Shown here: in pieces, positions 11,372-24,655 of the stretch
Numbering within the stretch: position 1 is the stretch's first letter
How the letters are laid out: each line of letters begins with the position of its first letter
NCBI RefSeq assembly: GCF_006345805.1
Contig: NC_042999.1
Coordinates: forward strand, 97,898,001-97,962,000
Direction of reading: 5' to 3'
From: Octopus sinensis
Lineage: Eukaryota
Length of the DNA stretch: 64,000 nucleotides
Notes under the pieces: model-generated
Database searches by the model: none
What the model was told of the DNA's origin: nothing
Seen by the model: the letters and a program-made list of their open reading frames with translations, nothing else
Made by a program: the position numbers and the translations under genes

Positions 11372-12791
11372 TGGAGAGAAAGAGAGAGAGAGAGAAAGAG
11401 AGAAAAGAGATTAAAAACGATTATTAAAAAGAAGTTACACACCAGAAAAATTATACAATGTTGACGAAACGCTCGTTCTAGAAACCTGCTCGAAATTATG
11501 CCACCAGAAGAAAAATCATCACCAGGGTTTAATGCTTCAAAAAGCTGTTCGACAAATCTTCTGGGAGGATATGTCACTGATGATATGAAATTAAAGCCCT
11601 TGATCTTGTATCACTCCGAAAATCCAACGGATTTCATGGGTTACGCAAAGTTTAATAGATCTCTGATTTGGTGTTCAAATAAGAAAGCACGGATAAGAGC
11701 CTTTTCGAAGAGTGCTTCACAAACATTTTTTTTTACTTGCTGTAGAAAGGTACAGCGCCAGAGAATATTTCCAACAAGGTGCTGCTCCTTTTAGTCAGGG
11801 CACCCAGTGAATTTAAATAAGCTTTCTGATAATTTGAGAGGAGGATATATCGCCAAGAATACTTCTTTGTTCTTGCCAATGGATCAAGATGTGACATCTA
11901 ACTACAAAGCAAATAATCAAAGAACTTTCAAGAAGTGAAACCCTTGACTTTGAATAGTGCTTGGAAAAAAATTTATAGCCGTCCTGCATCCATGACTTTA
12001 CAAGTTTTCAACATGAAGAAAGTCTACATAAAATTCAGAAAGGTATTTGTGACACTTGCAAAAGATGTAGGGTTTGAAGAAATCAGAGAAAATGTGCGTG
12101 AGTAAATAGTGTCCCATAGAGAAAGTTTATCTAACGAGGAGTTGACGCTGTTAGAGCAAGTGTAAACTAAGAATATGGATGAGAATACTGAAATTCCACC
12201 AAACCCACTTAAATTGCTAAGGGGTTGACACTTATAAAGGGAAGGTTTGCAAGTCAATGTTGACAATCACAGTTGTGAACAGAGCATAATGATTACAGGA
12301 GTTTACAATAAGCTCAGTTTCTATACTGAGCTGCACCATAAACATCAAACAATTTTGGATAAGTTTTTCGTCCTTCAAGCAGATGTTGATGGTGGTGAAG
12401 TATAAGACAGAAGATAGTGTCCCACGTCTTCTTTGAAACACTCATTTCACCACTACCCTTCACATAGTATTCTACATCCTTTGTTACAAGAACATATCTT
12501 GTTACGATATTACGACTCTTATTTATTTCCTAACATATTTCTCTTCAAGTGATTTTATGGGTACATATTGTACAGTGGCGGTTTAGAAATTGTTATTTTC
12601 TTGCATGAAAGTGGTCATGATGCTCTCTGCATCACCACGCCTTTCTGAAAAAGTACGTCGGAACGCACTCCCACTCACTAAGTAATATATGAAAATCAAC
12701 CGAAAAGTTAAGTTCGCGTTTCAGGATTTTGTGTCGTCACGACTTCCTGATTTTCAGGAACACATTATACCTGTGATACGGGGGATGTCTG
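11115..12791 (+). mobile_element. pogo/Tigger-like transposase relic interrupted by (GA)n
   Basis: EPTSADTEA, YNVDET and EEKSSPGFNASK...LKPLILYHSENP resemble Tigger1 motifs; right end GGGGATGTCTG+TA; 5' end missing. Confidence 0.88.
11267..11403. repeat. (GA)n microsatellite inside the Tigger relic
   Basis: Directly visible. Confidence 0.97.
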
Positions 12792-12922
12792 TAATTGTGT
12801 CTTCTGAGTGCTGCTATAGCTGATGTTGTTGTTGTTGTTAAGCCTATGTTAGCTGTGATCGAGCTGACATGACTAAAAGGAACCCAATTGTGACCATTCC
12901 ATTTTTTTGCATACCCATGATC

Positions 12923-13143
12923 CTATTCTTTTCTACTCAAGGCACAAGGCCCGAAATTTTTGGGGAGAGGACCAGTCGATTAGATCGACTCCCAGTACGT
13001 AATTGGTACTTAATTTATCGACCTCGAAAGGATGAAAGGCCAAGTCGACCTCGGCGGAATTTAAACTCAGAACTTAAAGACAGACGAAATATCGCTGAGC
13101 TTTCCGTCCGGCGTGCTAACGTCTCTGCCAGCTCGTCGCCTTA
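12923..13143 (-). mobile_element. SINE family B, beta tail
   Basis: Head TAAGGCGACGAGCTGGCAGAGACGTTAGC; tail CCAAAAATTTCGGGCCTTGTGCCTTGAGTAGAAAAAGAATAG. Confidence 0.9.
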
Positions 13144-13737
13144 TACCCATGATCATATTATTCATGTGGTGTCGCTACAACGTGATGTGAGAGAGATTTA
13201 GCTGCTATTTCTAACAGAAGGGGTAACCGCCATAATGTCGGGACGTAGTATTTATTGTATGGCATGTAGTGTTGTGTATAACACGTAGCATTGTATGGCA
13301 TGTAGCAGTTATAAGTAATATATGTTATTCATCGTGGTATAGCGACGCGATACAATTTCGTACGGCGTGGGATGGTGTAAATTGCTAAGTAAGTAAGTAA
13401 ATAAGTGAGTAACTGACTAAGTTTGTAAGTTAGTAAATAAATGTATAAGTAGCTAAATGATAGTGTGTGGTATATTGTGTTGTGTAGTAATTAGCATAGA
13501 GTAGTGTACTGGTGAAGTATGGGTTCAGTAGGGTATGGAGTGTGGTGTGATGTAGTGGTTGTGGTAGTGTAATAACGATACAGAAAGGTCAGTCATGCTT
13601 GATATACTCTCTCCTCAACAATAAGACATTCACTTTTATACTTGAGTTGACTCAATGGTTGAACGACATCGAATCAACTTCATTACACACTTGTGTCACT
13701 CTTTCTTTCATATTCAGAATCTCTCTCTCTCTCTCTC

Positions 13738-13998
13738 TCTCTGGCTCTCTTTTTCTCTCTCTTTCACTCTGGCTCTCCCTTTCTCTCTCTCACACTGGAT
13801 CTCCCTTTCTCTCTCTCACTCTGGTTCTCCCTTTCTCTCTCTCACTCTGGCTCTCCCTTTCTCTCTCTCACTCTGGCTCTCCCTTTCTCTCTCTCACTCT
13901 GGCTCTCCCTTTCTCTCTCTCACTCTGGCTCTCCCTTTCTCTCTCTCACTCTGGCTCTCCCTTTATCTCTCTCACTCTGGCTCTCCCTTTCTCTTTCT
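13738..13998. repeat. 26-bp minisatellite (CACTCTGGCTCTCCCTTTCTCTCTCT), about 10 copies
   Basis: Unit recurs every 26 bp (about 13765, 13791, 13817 ... 13973). Confidence 0.92.
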
Positions 13999-14009
13999 CT
14001 TCCTTTCCC

Positions 14010-14023
14010 TATCTATCTATCTA

Positions 14024-14110
<87 letters not shown>
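14010..14110. repeat. (CTAT)n/(CT)n microsatellite
   Basis: Directly visible. Confidence 0.95.
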
Positions 14111-14777
14111 GTCTTTCTATCACAACATTTATCTATTAACTTCCAATCTTCACTAAACACTTTTCATTCTTTCTTTGTTTCTTGTCCTGATTCTCCTCTC
14201 CGTTCAGTCTGACACTCTGCCTGCTTTCCAGTTCGTCTGCCTTTCTCTCTATAGCCGAGACTGTGAAATAAAATATCCACCAGACTCCAAGGACTCCGGT
14301 GAATGTTCAACGTTAGCAATAATAGGTAGCCAATAGGAGAGGTCATTAAGTTGAATTACCCTGAGAAGTCAGAAGTTAACGTTTAAGACCAATTGTCATT
14401 CGTTTGAGTGAAAGAAAGGATGAACGAATGGAGGAAGAGAGAGGGAAGGGAGGGAATGAAGGAAGAGAGAGAGAGAGTTACATTGTTACTTCCCTGGTGT
14501 TTAAGGAAGTAAAAAGACCTCGCTCTTTCTCTCTCTCTCTCTCTCTTCCTGTCTCTCTTCCTCATATTTAAACGAAACGATACAGCTGCCATTCCTCACG
14601 GTAAATGAACTTATAGAATTGACCTAGAATGTCCAATATTTCCATTGAAAGCGATTAATCAATATTTACCTCCTTCATCACCTCCCTTCTTACCTACTGG
14701 TCCACAAGAGAGTTAAATTACCCTTCCACCATTGTTCGCAAATACTCCCACTCTGGCGAACTCAGTGCACACACACA

Positions 14778-14885
14778 CATGTATGTATGTATGCATGTAT
14801 GTATGTATGTATGTATGTATGTATGTATGTATGTATGTATGTTATGTATGTATGTATGTATGTATGTATGTACGTATGCATGTAT
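14778..14885. repeat. (TATG)n microsatellite
   Basis: Directly visible. Confidence 0.95.
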
Positions 14886-14939
14886 GTAAATGTGCATATT
14901 TATATATATGTATGTAGAGTGTGTGCGTATATTCTTTTT

Positions 14940-15158
14940 CTTTCTTTTCTTTTACTTGTTTCAGTCATTTGACTGCGGCCATGCTGGAGCACCGCCTTTA
15001 GTCGAGCAAATCGACCCCGGGACTTATTCTTTTGTAAGCCCAGTACTTATTCTATCGGTCTCTTTTGCCGAACCGCTAAGTGACAGGGACGTAAACACAC
15101 CAGCATCGGTTGTCAAGCAATGCTAGGGGGACAAACACAGACACACAAACATACACAC

Positions 15159-15248
<90 letters not shown>

Positions 15249-15435
15249 ATATATATATATATACATATATACGACAGGCTTCTTTTAGTTTCCGTCTACC
15301 AAATCCACTCACAAGGCATTGGTCGGCCCGGGGCTATAGCAGAAGACACTTGCCCAAGATGCCACGCAGTGGGACTGAACCCGGAACCATGTGGTTGGTT
15401 AGCAAGCTACTTACCACACAGCCACTCCTGCGCCT
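14940..15435 (-). mobile_element. SINE family A, full length (tRNA-like head, internal (TA)/(CA) linker, tail)
   Basis: Minus-strand head AGGCGCAGGAGTGGCTGTGTGGTAAGTAGC...GGTTCCGGGTTCAGTCCC; several homologs in the window. Confidence 0.92.
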
Positions 15436-15600
15436 ATAAATAATAATTCCGTGACTCCTCGTGGCGAAATCGAACTCGGAATTACAACAATCCTCCAACT
15501 CTACGACTGTCGCCAAAGTAGCTCGCTATATTTTTTTTTTTTTTTTTTTTGTACTTGTTTCAGTCATTTGACTGCGGCCATGCTGGAGCACCGCCTTTTG

Positions 15601-15735
15601 AGTACAGCAGGGATCACCACCTCCTGCCGGAGCCTCGTGGAGCTTTTAGGTGTTTTCGCTCAATAAACACACACAACGCCCGGTCTGGGAATCGAAACCG
15701 CGATCCTCCGACCGCAAGTCCGCTGCCCTAACCAC
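15601..15735 (-). mobile_element. 5' part of tRNA-derived SINE family F
   Basis: Reverse complement of about 56330-56470. Confidence 0.85.
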
Positions 15736-15737
15736 AT

Positions 15738-15965
15738 TCTTTTATTCTTTTATTTGTTTCAGTCATTTGACTGCGGCCATGGTGGAGCACCGCCTTTAGT
15801 CGAACAAACCAACCCCAGGACTTATTCTTTGTAAGCCTAGTACTTATTCTATCGGTTTCTTTTGCCGAACCGCTAAGTTACGGGATCGTAAACACGCCAA
15901 AATCGGTAGTCAAGCGATGATGAATGAGCAAACACAGACACACGCACACACACACACACACACAC

Positions 15966-15999
<34 letters not shown>

Positions 16000-16153
16000 C
16001 AGGCTTCTTTTAGTTTCCGTCTACCAAATCTACTCACAAGAATTTGGTCGGCTCGAGGTTATAGTAGAAGACACTTGCGCAAGGTGCTACGCAGTGGACT
16101 GAACCCGGAACCATGTGGCTGGTAAGCAGGCTACTTACCACACATCCACTCCA
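15738..16153 (-). mobile_element. SINE family A
   Basis: Colinear with 14940-15435, shorter linker. Confidence 0.9.
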
Positions 16154-16174
16154 TTATTATTATTATTATTATTA

Positions 16175-16244
<70 letters not shown>

Positions 16245-16245
16245 T
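16154..16245. repeat. (ATT)n microsatellite between two SINE heads
   Basis: Directly visible. Confidence 0.96.
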
Positions 16246-16255
16246 ACCTATAATA

Positions 16256-16480
16256 TAAGGCAGCAAGCTGGCAAAGTCGTTAGTGCGCCGGACAAGATAC
16301 TTGCCGATATTTCTTCTGGCTCTTTACGTTCTGGGTTCAAATATCGCCTATGACAACTTTGCTATCATCCGTTTCGGATCCGATAAAATAAGTACCAGTT
16401 GAACTCTGGGGTCGATGTAATTGATGAGCCACCTCCCCACAAATTTCAGATTTTGTGCCTATAGAAGAAAGGATTATTAA
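16256..16480 (+). mobile_element. SINE family B, beta tail, diverged
   Basis: TAAGGCAGCAAGCTGGC...GGGTTCAAAT...GATAAAATAAGTACCAG...TTGTGCCTATAGAAGAAAGG. Confidence 0.85.
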
Positions 16481-17054
16481 GAATGTAATATTACAATCTC
16501 ATTCCTTAATAGTTTCATGCCAAAGATGGAGATTCAAATTCTGCAATCTTCTGAAATGACTGAATGGAATAGTATGGCCTGTGATCTGGAGGCCTGAAAG
16601 TTCCACATCCAGTTTTGGGGTTTTAGGGCTATTGTGAAAGAACGAAACCAAAATTCATGGAAGAAACCACTCATATCAAACCCATGAAAAAGTATATACT
16701 TATTAAATCGAAGGTGCCTCCTTTGGATAGGGATAAAGAATTTCACCCCAGTATGCAAGATATTTGCTTAGAGGGTGGAGTAAATCTATACACCTATAAC
16801 ATTTATATAATGTATATGTATGTGGACATATATATATATATAGTAGTTATGTTGCTATTTTCATTGAAATCGGAGATATTTGAAATTTCACAGGGGGTGT
16901 TTTCCCCCCTTTAGGCCCCCTAATCGCAATGCAATGTAAATTTTATGTAGCTCATCCTTCTTATAAAATTTTGCATAAGGACACATAGTTTGTTTTTATG
17001 TATCTTCTATTCCCTTTCGTCCTATATATGTACAAACACACAGACGTTGAACCT

Positions 17055-17057
<3 letters not shown>

Positions 17058-17130
<73 letters not shown>
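17058..17130. repeat. (TA)n microsatellite
   Basis: Directly visible. Confidence 0.97.
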
Positions 17131-17134
<4 letters not shown>

Positions 17135-17154
17135 ACGCATTTATATAAAGAGAA

Positions 17155-17480
17155 CTCATTCGAAATGAAATAATTCGAGAAGGGAAGGTGGGGAACGATG
17201 TAATCTCAGAGTACCGAAAACACAAGTTCCGCTGGGCCGATCATGTTGCAAGGTTCACAGACAAATAGGTGGACCCGTGAAGTTACCGAGTTGTACTCAA
17301 GAGATTGGAAAAGGCCACTTGGAAGGTCTCCACGACGATGGAAAGACGGTTTGGGCAAGCAATTTGGGTCAAGATGGAAAAGAATGGCGCAATCATGACA
17401 AAATTGGAAGCGGATTATGACCAACGGTGTATAACAGCACCTGGTGGCCTGGTCGATACTGTGTGATACTGTGTGATATA
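17155..17480 (+). mobile_element. RTE-clade LINE 3' end
   Basis: RNEIIRE...KFRWADHVARFTD then, after a frameshift, NRWTREVTELYSRDWKRPLGRSPRRWKD; tandem GATACTGTGT tail at 17455-17478. Confidence 0.88.
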
Positions 17481-17497
17481 TCTTTATGCATGCATGC

Positions 17498-17530
<33 letters not shown>

Positions 17531-18129
17531 TGTATGTATGTATGTATGTATGTATGTGTATGAAAACAAGTATAATTGAATGGGAGTTTTGAAAGGGAGT
17601 TGTTTTTTTCCGGTACCCTGAATGCTGATTTGATGCAAGTCTACAATCACAAATGAAGGCAGAAATTCTTTTATGGTTGATTCGATGTCTACTGGAGCAC
17701 ACTACCACCACAACAGTTTGAAACTAATCACAATGAGACACGCAGGCACATACGACGCAAGCAGACGCAGACACACATACAAATACACACACACACACAT
17801 ACATCATTTCCCATACAAAACCTATACGCATTTATATACACATTCACTCATTTGCCCCTCAAAACACAAAGGTGTTTGAAGGGAACGAAAGGGCACAGAT
17901 ATATATATGTTAAAAAGAGATCTTTTGTTCTGGTAGCTATTTTCATAATTTACAATGAACAAAACCGTTTCCGGCGGAAGTGGAGACAGATTTTATATCC
18001 ATACACTTTAACTCTGTCTACAGTAAATCTCGTTTCTAATCATTTCTATTACAAATGGTCGTTGCCTGAAAATATACATGTTTATGAATATAACGTACCG
18101 TAGCAGCTTTTGCCAAGCATGTTGTATTA

Positions 18130-18298
18130 TTGAAACTGGTTTCAAATTTTGGCACAAGGCCAGCAATTTTGGAGGAAGGATAAGCCTATTACATCGACCC
18201 CCAGTACTCAACTGGTCCATATTTTAACGACGCAAAAGGGGGAAAAGCAAAGTCGAACTTAGCGGAATTTGAACTTAGAACGTAAGACGGACGAAATC
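18130..18298 (-). mobile_element. SINE family B, partial
   Basis: Body and beta tail homologous to 12923-13090. Confidence 0.8.
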
Positions 18299-18568
18299 TG
18301 GTCATGGGTAGAACATCATTGATCCTTGCTCTGCTCGATTAGGTCTACAACAACCACTATAGCAATGTCAGAAACTTTCCGTTTTTGTCGAGTGAGTGGT
18401 GTAATCAGAATTGTAGAAAAGTTGTTTTAATAAGCAAGATAAGCTGTGATTGAATACAATCTGGCAACGTCTTCTTTCTTAACAGGACTGGCATAAAATG
18501 CAGATAATGATATGTTATGGAAAGGCAGAGCTGATCGTTACTCTGAGCGAGGAGTGGGTGGCAATCGA

Positions 18569-18571
<3 letters not shown>

Positions 18572-18612
<41 letters not shown>

Positions 18613-18632
18613 TAGTAGTAGTAGTAGTATAG
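18572..18632. repeat. (AGT)n microsatellite
   Basis: Directly visible. Confidence 0.95.
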
Positions 18633-19609
18633 TCCCTTATCATTACAGTGTAACGCAAATGATGTCGTTATCTTAGTGAATGGGAATCATGTGAAGTGAG
18701 TAAAATGTCAACTAAACAATCAATTAACTAATCAATGAAATAAGTAAATGGATCAATAGTATTATGATTCATTAAAGCAGACGACAGTGAAAAATAATAA
18801 TAAAGCGAAAAACAAAACCAGAACAAACAGACATATATCTGACAAATTGATCGGAAATTAAAAAAAACAACAACAAAATGAATATGTATGATATGAAAGG
18901 AATAAAACAAAAAGAAAAAGGAAAACGAAAATGTATATGGATTGAAAGAAAACTTTTGTAAATTAAGTATTTTATTGTCGTTTAGTAAAAATATTTTGTC
19001 CATAATTAATTGCTACTTAAATGGATGGCAAGCTACACCAAATTTGCAGATAACCTTATATATATAGAAATAAACATGGTGGATTAATTTTTGTATTTAT
19101 TTTTGTTGTTATTGATGTACTTATTTATTACCATGTGAAATTACATCGAACAGTTCTGTAGATAACGGAGCAAGATGACAGAAGAAGCTAATTGGTTTGC
19201 TAATGGGAAACTATGATTTGATAAATAGATAAATGACGAGATAGATATATAAAGCAATAAACGATCATGTAACCAAACATCTCCGTATTTAAAAAGCTGT
19301 GAAACTTGATTACAGTTGTTATTTAAATGAATCGTTTTGACAAAATGCGTTAGACTATTTTCTTTCTTTTTTTTTTATGGATAATAATTTGTATGAGAAG
19401 CAATGGTTGGCAGCATGGTCGTATGGACGGTTCGCATTCTACTGGCAATGTCCCGTGTACATGGCCCAACGGACACAGGACATTGAAACGGTACAGATAA
19501 ACCCAGCTGTAATTTAGTGCCATGAAGTAGTATACTTTTGAAATTGTAAGCAGTCGGAGGGGGAGGGTTACACTAGAGTTTGATGAAAGTTGATAATATT
19601 GAAGTAACT

Positions 19610-19830
19610 CTAAGGCGGTAAACTGGCAAAATAGCTAGCGCGCCGGACAAAATGCTTAGCGGCATTTCTTCTAGCTTTATGCTCTGAGTTCAAATTCCGC
19701 CGAGGTCGACATTGTCTTTTATATTTTCGGATTCGATGAAATAAGTACCAGTTTGAGCACTGAGGTCGATGTAATCGCTTTGCCTCGTCCCTTTCTAAGC
19801 TTTCAGGCCTTGTGCTTATTGTAGAATGTG
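19610..19830 (+). mobile_element. SINE family B, beta tail
   Basis: TAAGGCGGTAAACTGGC...CTGAGTTCAAATTCCGCCGAGGTCGAC...GCCTTGTGCTTATTGTAGAA. Confidence 0.88.
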
Positions 19831-21729
19831 AAAAAAAAAAAAATTTGTGGTAATCCTTAGCACTGTAAATACGTCTCTTCTTATCACCCAACACATATGC
19901 ATGCGTAATGTGTATGTGTGCATGTGTTTGAAGGAGAGAGAGAGAGAGAGAGAGAGAGTAAAATTCCTGCATATGATTCCTTCCCTAACAAGTAAAGCCG
20001 ATGATCAGAGGTCTGGCAAGACAGACTTATGACTAAAGATTGATGCAAAATATACTGGTGTTCTTATTGTTACGTGCGAACAAATATCTTTGGGTTAATA
20101 TCGATAAGTTTAGCGTTGGTAGTGAAGGAAAATTCTGAAAACAATTGCAATTCATCGCAACAAGCAGGGGAAAGGGTATGTTATACGAAGAAGATTTTAA
20201 GTGAGGAATGCTACGTTTCACTTTGTAGTTGCTGTAAAGAAATAAGATACGGCGCAAACTGGTGTTTTTTTAAAACTCCTTTTGAAAATATGGGAGCTGA
20301 TTTGATATAATGCCATGGGTAAAAAGATAGAGAAAAATCTTAGTCGTCGAAAAAACCCCAACAAAAACGAAAAAAACCCCATGAAACGAAATGGTTCTAT
20401 TAGATTATGTAAGCATGAAATTATTGGTGGCGATTAGCAGAATGCCTCGTGGCATTTTTCTGTTTCTCTGCGTCCTGAGTTCAAATCCTGCTAAGGCCAG
20501 CTTTGTCTTTTATTCTTGCCGGGTCATTAAAAATGTACCGATTCAGGGGACGGTAGATTGGCAAAACTGTTGAGGGGTGGGACGAAATTCCTTGTACGAT
20601 CTGTCTTAGCTTTTTATCTTCTGACAGCAAAGCCTGCGACAACACTGATGCCAAACTGCATTGGTCCAAGTCGAAGACCTTTCTCTTGGATGACATCGGT
20701 TGCGTGGAGAAGGAAGATTTGCTAATACGTGAAACTGTTAATCTCTAAAGAATCTTGCTCAAGTCTGCACATACATGTGCAGATGAATGGTCAGTCATGG
20801 CCAACGAAGCACCGTCTTCGCTAGAAGCACAATTAGAAACAGATTACACTATAAAACGACTTCAATTCCAGTTCCCGAATTAGATCCTATAATCTGTGTT
20901 ATCTTAACTCTGCGAGAAATAACTCCATGAATCATACTTTGAATTAACTACCATGTTAGGCATTAGAGGATTTACCTATTCGGCTGGCGCTAAGTGACTG
21001 ACAAATTACCATGTGGAGATAAAACGGCACAGTTAAAATAACAGAAATAAATTATAGCATGTAATTTGAGAAGCCGAAATAGCAGGCATTCTCAGTAGCA
21101 TAGCCATTCAGCAAGCGATAGCTTGGTGTTTATAATGTCTAATAGTAGATAACGAATAACGAATAAATCATTGTTATCAACAGCGAAATAAACTAAAGCA
21201 GCAAGCACAGTATTAAAAGCTTAATAGTAAAGTAGGCGCTAGCACATTAAATATAGTAAGCGAAGATATTTTAATTAAAATTATACTCCAGTAATGAGGA
21301 CAATAATTTTCTAAATGACTAATTCTGAAAAAAAAAAAAATGACAGGGGAGACAACTCCGAAATTATAGTCTATTGAATTTAAAATTAAGGATGAAATGC
21401 TGTGTGGAGTGCGTCAGATCTCCGGAAGTACAGCGACAACTTTTGGTATGTTTCGGTTTAATGGGACTCCGACTGTTACTGAAAATGTTTAAATAATGAC
21501 TAGCAAAGAATACAGAATTTTATGAATGATTTTAAGCAGCGCTATAAATTAAAAGATTGTCTGAAAGTCAGTTGTGCTATGCAGGAATTAAATACTTTGC
21601 GATATTCCTTCCGAGTTCAAATCTCACTGAAGTCATCTTGCCTTTCACCCTTCAGGACTCTATAAAATAAACGAATTGGTATTTTATCAATTCCTCATTC
21701 AAAGTTTCTGGCTTTTCCTCTATGTAAAT

Positions 21730-21744
21730 TTATTATTATTATTG

Positions 21745-21786
<42 letters not shown>

Positions 21787-22620
21787 TATTATTATTATTA
21801 TTATTATTATGTTTTTTTTTTCTTTCTTCAAATTTTCTTCCGTTTCTCGCCGGGTGTTTTCCATACACCTAGGGCAGAGAAGCTCATTGTATGCATTCCC
21901 AGATTACACGCGCAAATTCACAGACAAAATATGTATTTAAAAATTAATAAATAAATAAATTCATGGATGGATGTTGTCTTCACAGCGATAATGCTCTTTT
22001 CAGTACATGAGCCGTTCCAGTTAATACGATTTTTTGCACTTCCTGTAGGGATGGTAAGCCTGGAATCATTTTCAAATGGGTTTCAGTACCTTTTTTTTAT
22101 CATTCCTAGAGATCCTACAATCACTGGTACTGTAGTCGCCTTGAGATGCCACATTTTTTCAATTTCTATTAGCAAGTCTTTATATTTACTAATCTTGTCA
22201 AATTCTTTCACCGCTATATTGTGATCGCAAGGAATACTCATGTCAATTAATAAACACATCTTTTTTGTCTGATCTTTTATAATAATATCCGGTTTATTAG
22301 ATTTTATAGTTTTGTCGGTCTGTAAGGGGAAGTCCCATAGAATCGTCACATTTTCTCCCTCAGTCACAGCTTCAGGATGGTGTTTATACCATTTGTCAGC
22401 GGTTTTGATTTTATAATGCAGACATATTGTCCAATGTAAATACTGGCCGACTCTGTCATGTCTTGCTTTATATTCTGCAGGTGCTAAGACTCTACATCCT
22501 GAGATTAGGTGGTCTATTGTTTCAATCGCATCGTTACAGAATCGGCATTTTGAGTCAGCTCCTACCATGTCAAATAATTTTGATCAGCTTCAGATGTGCT
22601 ATATTCTTTCTTTACTTATT
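21730..22620 (-). mobile_element. R4/Dong-type (R2 superfamily) LINE 3' fragment: CCHC knuckle, RLE endonuclease, 3' UTR, (TAA)n tract
   Basis: ORF 22083-22568: CRFC...ETIDHLISGC, RHD, KPDIII, LLIDMSIP, KISKYKDL, VPVIVGSLG; 3' end runs into (TAA)n at 21730-21811. Confidence 0.93.
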
Positions 22621-23364
22621 TATATTTCTATCAGGTTAGGATACTTTTTTGCAGTAATGGATGTGTCACATTTTTCTGTTATGATTTTCGTATTGTGAAT
22701 TTATTGGCCCTGCACACTTCCAACAACGTTTTTCTCGAATACATTTTATCCTTAGAAAATCTTCTTCGCCCTTCGTTTTCGAAAATGACCAAGACCCCAC
22801 CTATTTATACATCGGCAGCATTTTTAAAGACAATCAATAACGGGGGATACAGACGCAGGAGCAGCTGGAAATTTGCCACTGCTATCAACTTTACAAGAAC
22901 TTCCATGCTACGAAACTATGGAAATGGCAGTATTTTATTGTCTCTGACGCGCGTCAATTTTCCTCAGCCGCAACGAAAGATTCGCAATCTGTAGTTAGAA
23001 GTTCAAGATCTGACTTGCACTGTACTTGGATTATATCGAAGAAGGACTGCACTGAGCGACAGGCTTCTTTGTCTCATCTCTAACATCCTGGACCAGTGGC
23101 AGGAAGAGATGAAGTGGTGACGACTGGACATATCTCAAGGATGTAATGCAATACGTTAGATACACATTTCACAGCGATATTGTGACTTATTTGCCTATTG
23201 AATCTTTAACCTCTGATAGTTGGGTTTCCTTCGCTCAGTTTACCGGAAATCCAGTGTTCATAATTCGTAGGGTGACAAGCTCTTAAAGAATTTCACCAAG
23301 AGCTTAAAATTTGTCCGCTATACTCCACTTAGTTTAGTCGGTCTGTCAATGCCAATTAACAAAC

Positions 23365-23371
23365 ACACGTA

Positions 23372-23444
<73 letters not shown>

Positions 23445-23460
23445 AAACACACACACACAC
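23365..23460. repeat. (CA)n microsatellite
   Basis: Directly visible. Confidence 0.96.
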
Positions 23461-23709
23461 GTATATTGTTGACGTCATAAGAATTTAGAAACTTCGGGTG
23501 AACATATAACTCTTTTCTGGAACGATTTAACTCGAAGCGAATACACAATATTAATAATGGCGTGTAATTATTGATGCTTTGGCTAGAACTCGAAGGTACC
23601 CGAGGGTCCTGAGACGTACCTCACGGGTACAGGGCTGCCTTCAATTTTTTCTATCTGAAGGGTTTTAACCCAGTTAGTTACCCGCTATAATTATAGCTTT
23701 ATTTTCATT

Positions 23710-23785
<76 letters not shown>

Positions 23786-23811
23786 ATATATATATATATA
23801 GTATATATATA

Positions 23812-23853
<42 letters not shown>

Positions 23854-23929
23854 ATGTGTGTATGTGTGTATGTGTGAGTGTATGTGTGTATCTATCTATC
23901 TATCTACTATCTATCTATCTATATAAAAT

Positions 23930-24338
<409 letters not shown>

Positions 24339-24359
24339 ACAGTATGCAAAAAAACTCTC

Positions 24360-24655
24360 CCTTGTGAGTGGATTTGGTAGACGGAAACTGAAAGAAGCCC
24401 GTCGTATTTATATGCATATACCTATGTGTGTGTCTTTGCATTTGTGCTTGCCTCCCCCACCATCTCTTGATGTTTTTACGTCCCCGTAACTTTGCGGTTT
24501 GGTAAAAGAGTTCGATAGAATAATTACTAGACTTACAAAGAATAAGTTTGGGGGGGGGCAGTTTGTCCGACTTCTTCGACTAAAACCCTTTAAGGTAGTA
24601 CTCAAGCATGACCGCAGTCAAATGATTGAAACAAGTAAAAGAATAAAAGAATAAC
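24360..24655 (+). mobile_element. SINE family A, 5'-truncated, short linker
   Basis: CTTGTGAGTGGATTTGGTAGACGGAAACTGAAAGAAGCCCGTCG followed by the family A tail. Confidence 0.88.

Noticed and set aside
13738-13998. CRISPR-like array (also the 53.2-54.1 kb periodic motif)
   Set aside because: No unique constant-length spacers, no cas genes, eukaryotic context; these are mini- or satellite repeats.
21347-21445. Candidate exon ending at a G|GTATGT donor (…MKCCVECVRSPEVQRQLL)
   Set aside because: The acceptor has no pyrimidine tract, the peptide is unrecognised, and no partner exon was found.
22650-23160. 132-aa ORF 22596-22994 and neighbouring unique sequence
   Set aside because: No recognisable motif in any frame; the start overlaps the LINE boundary.
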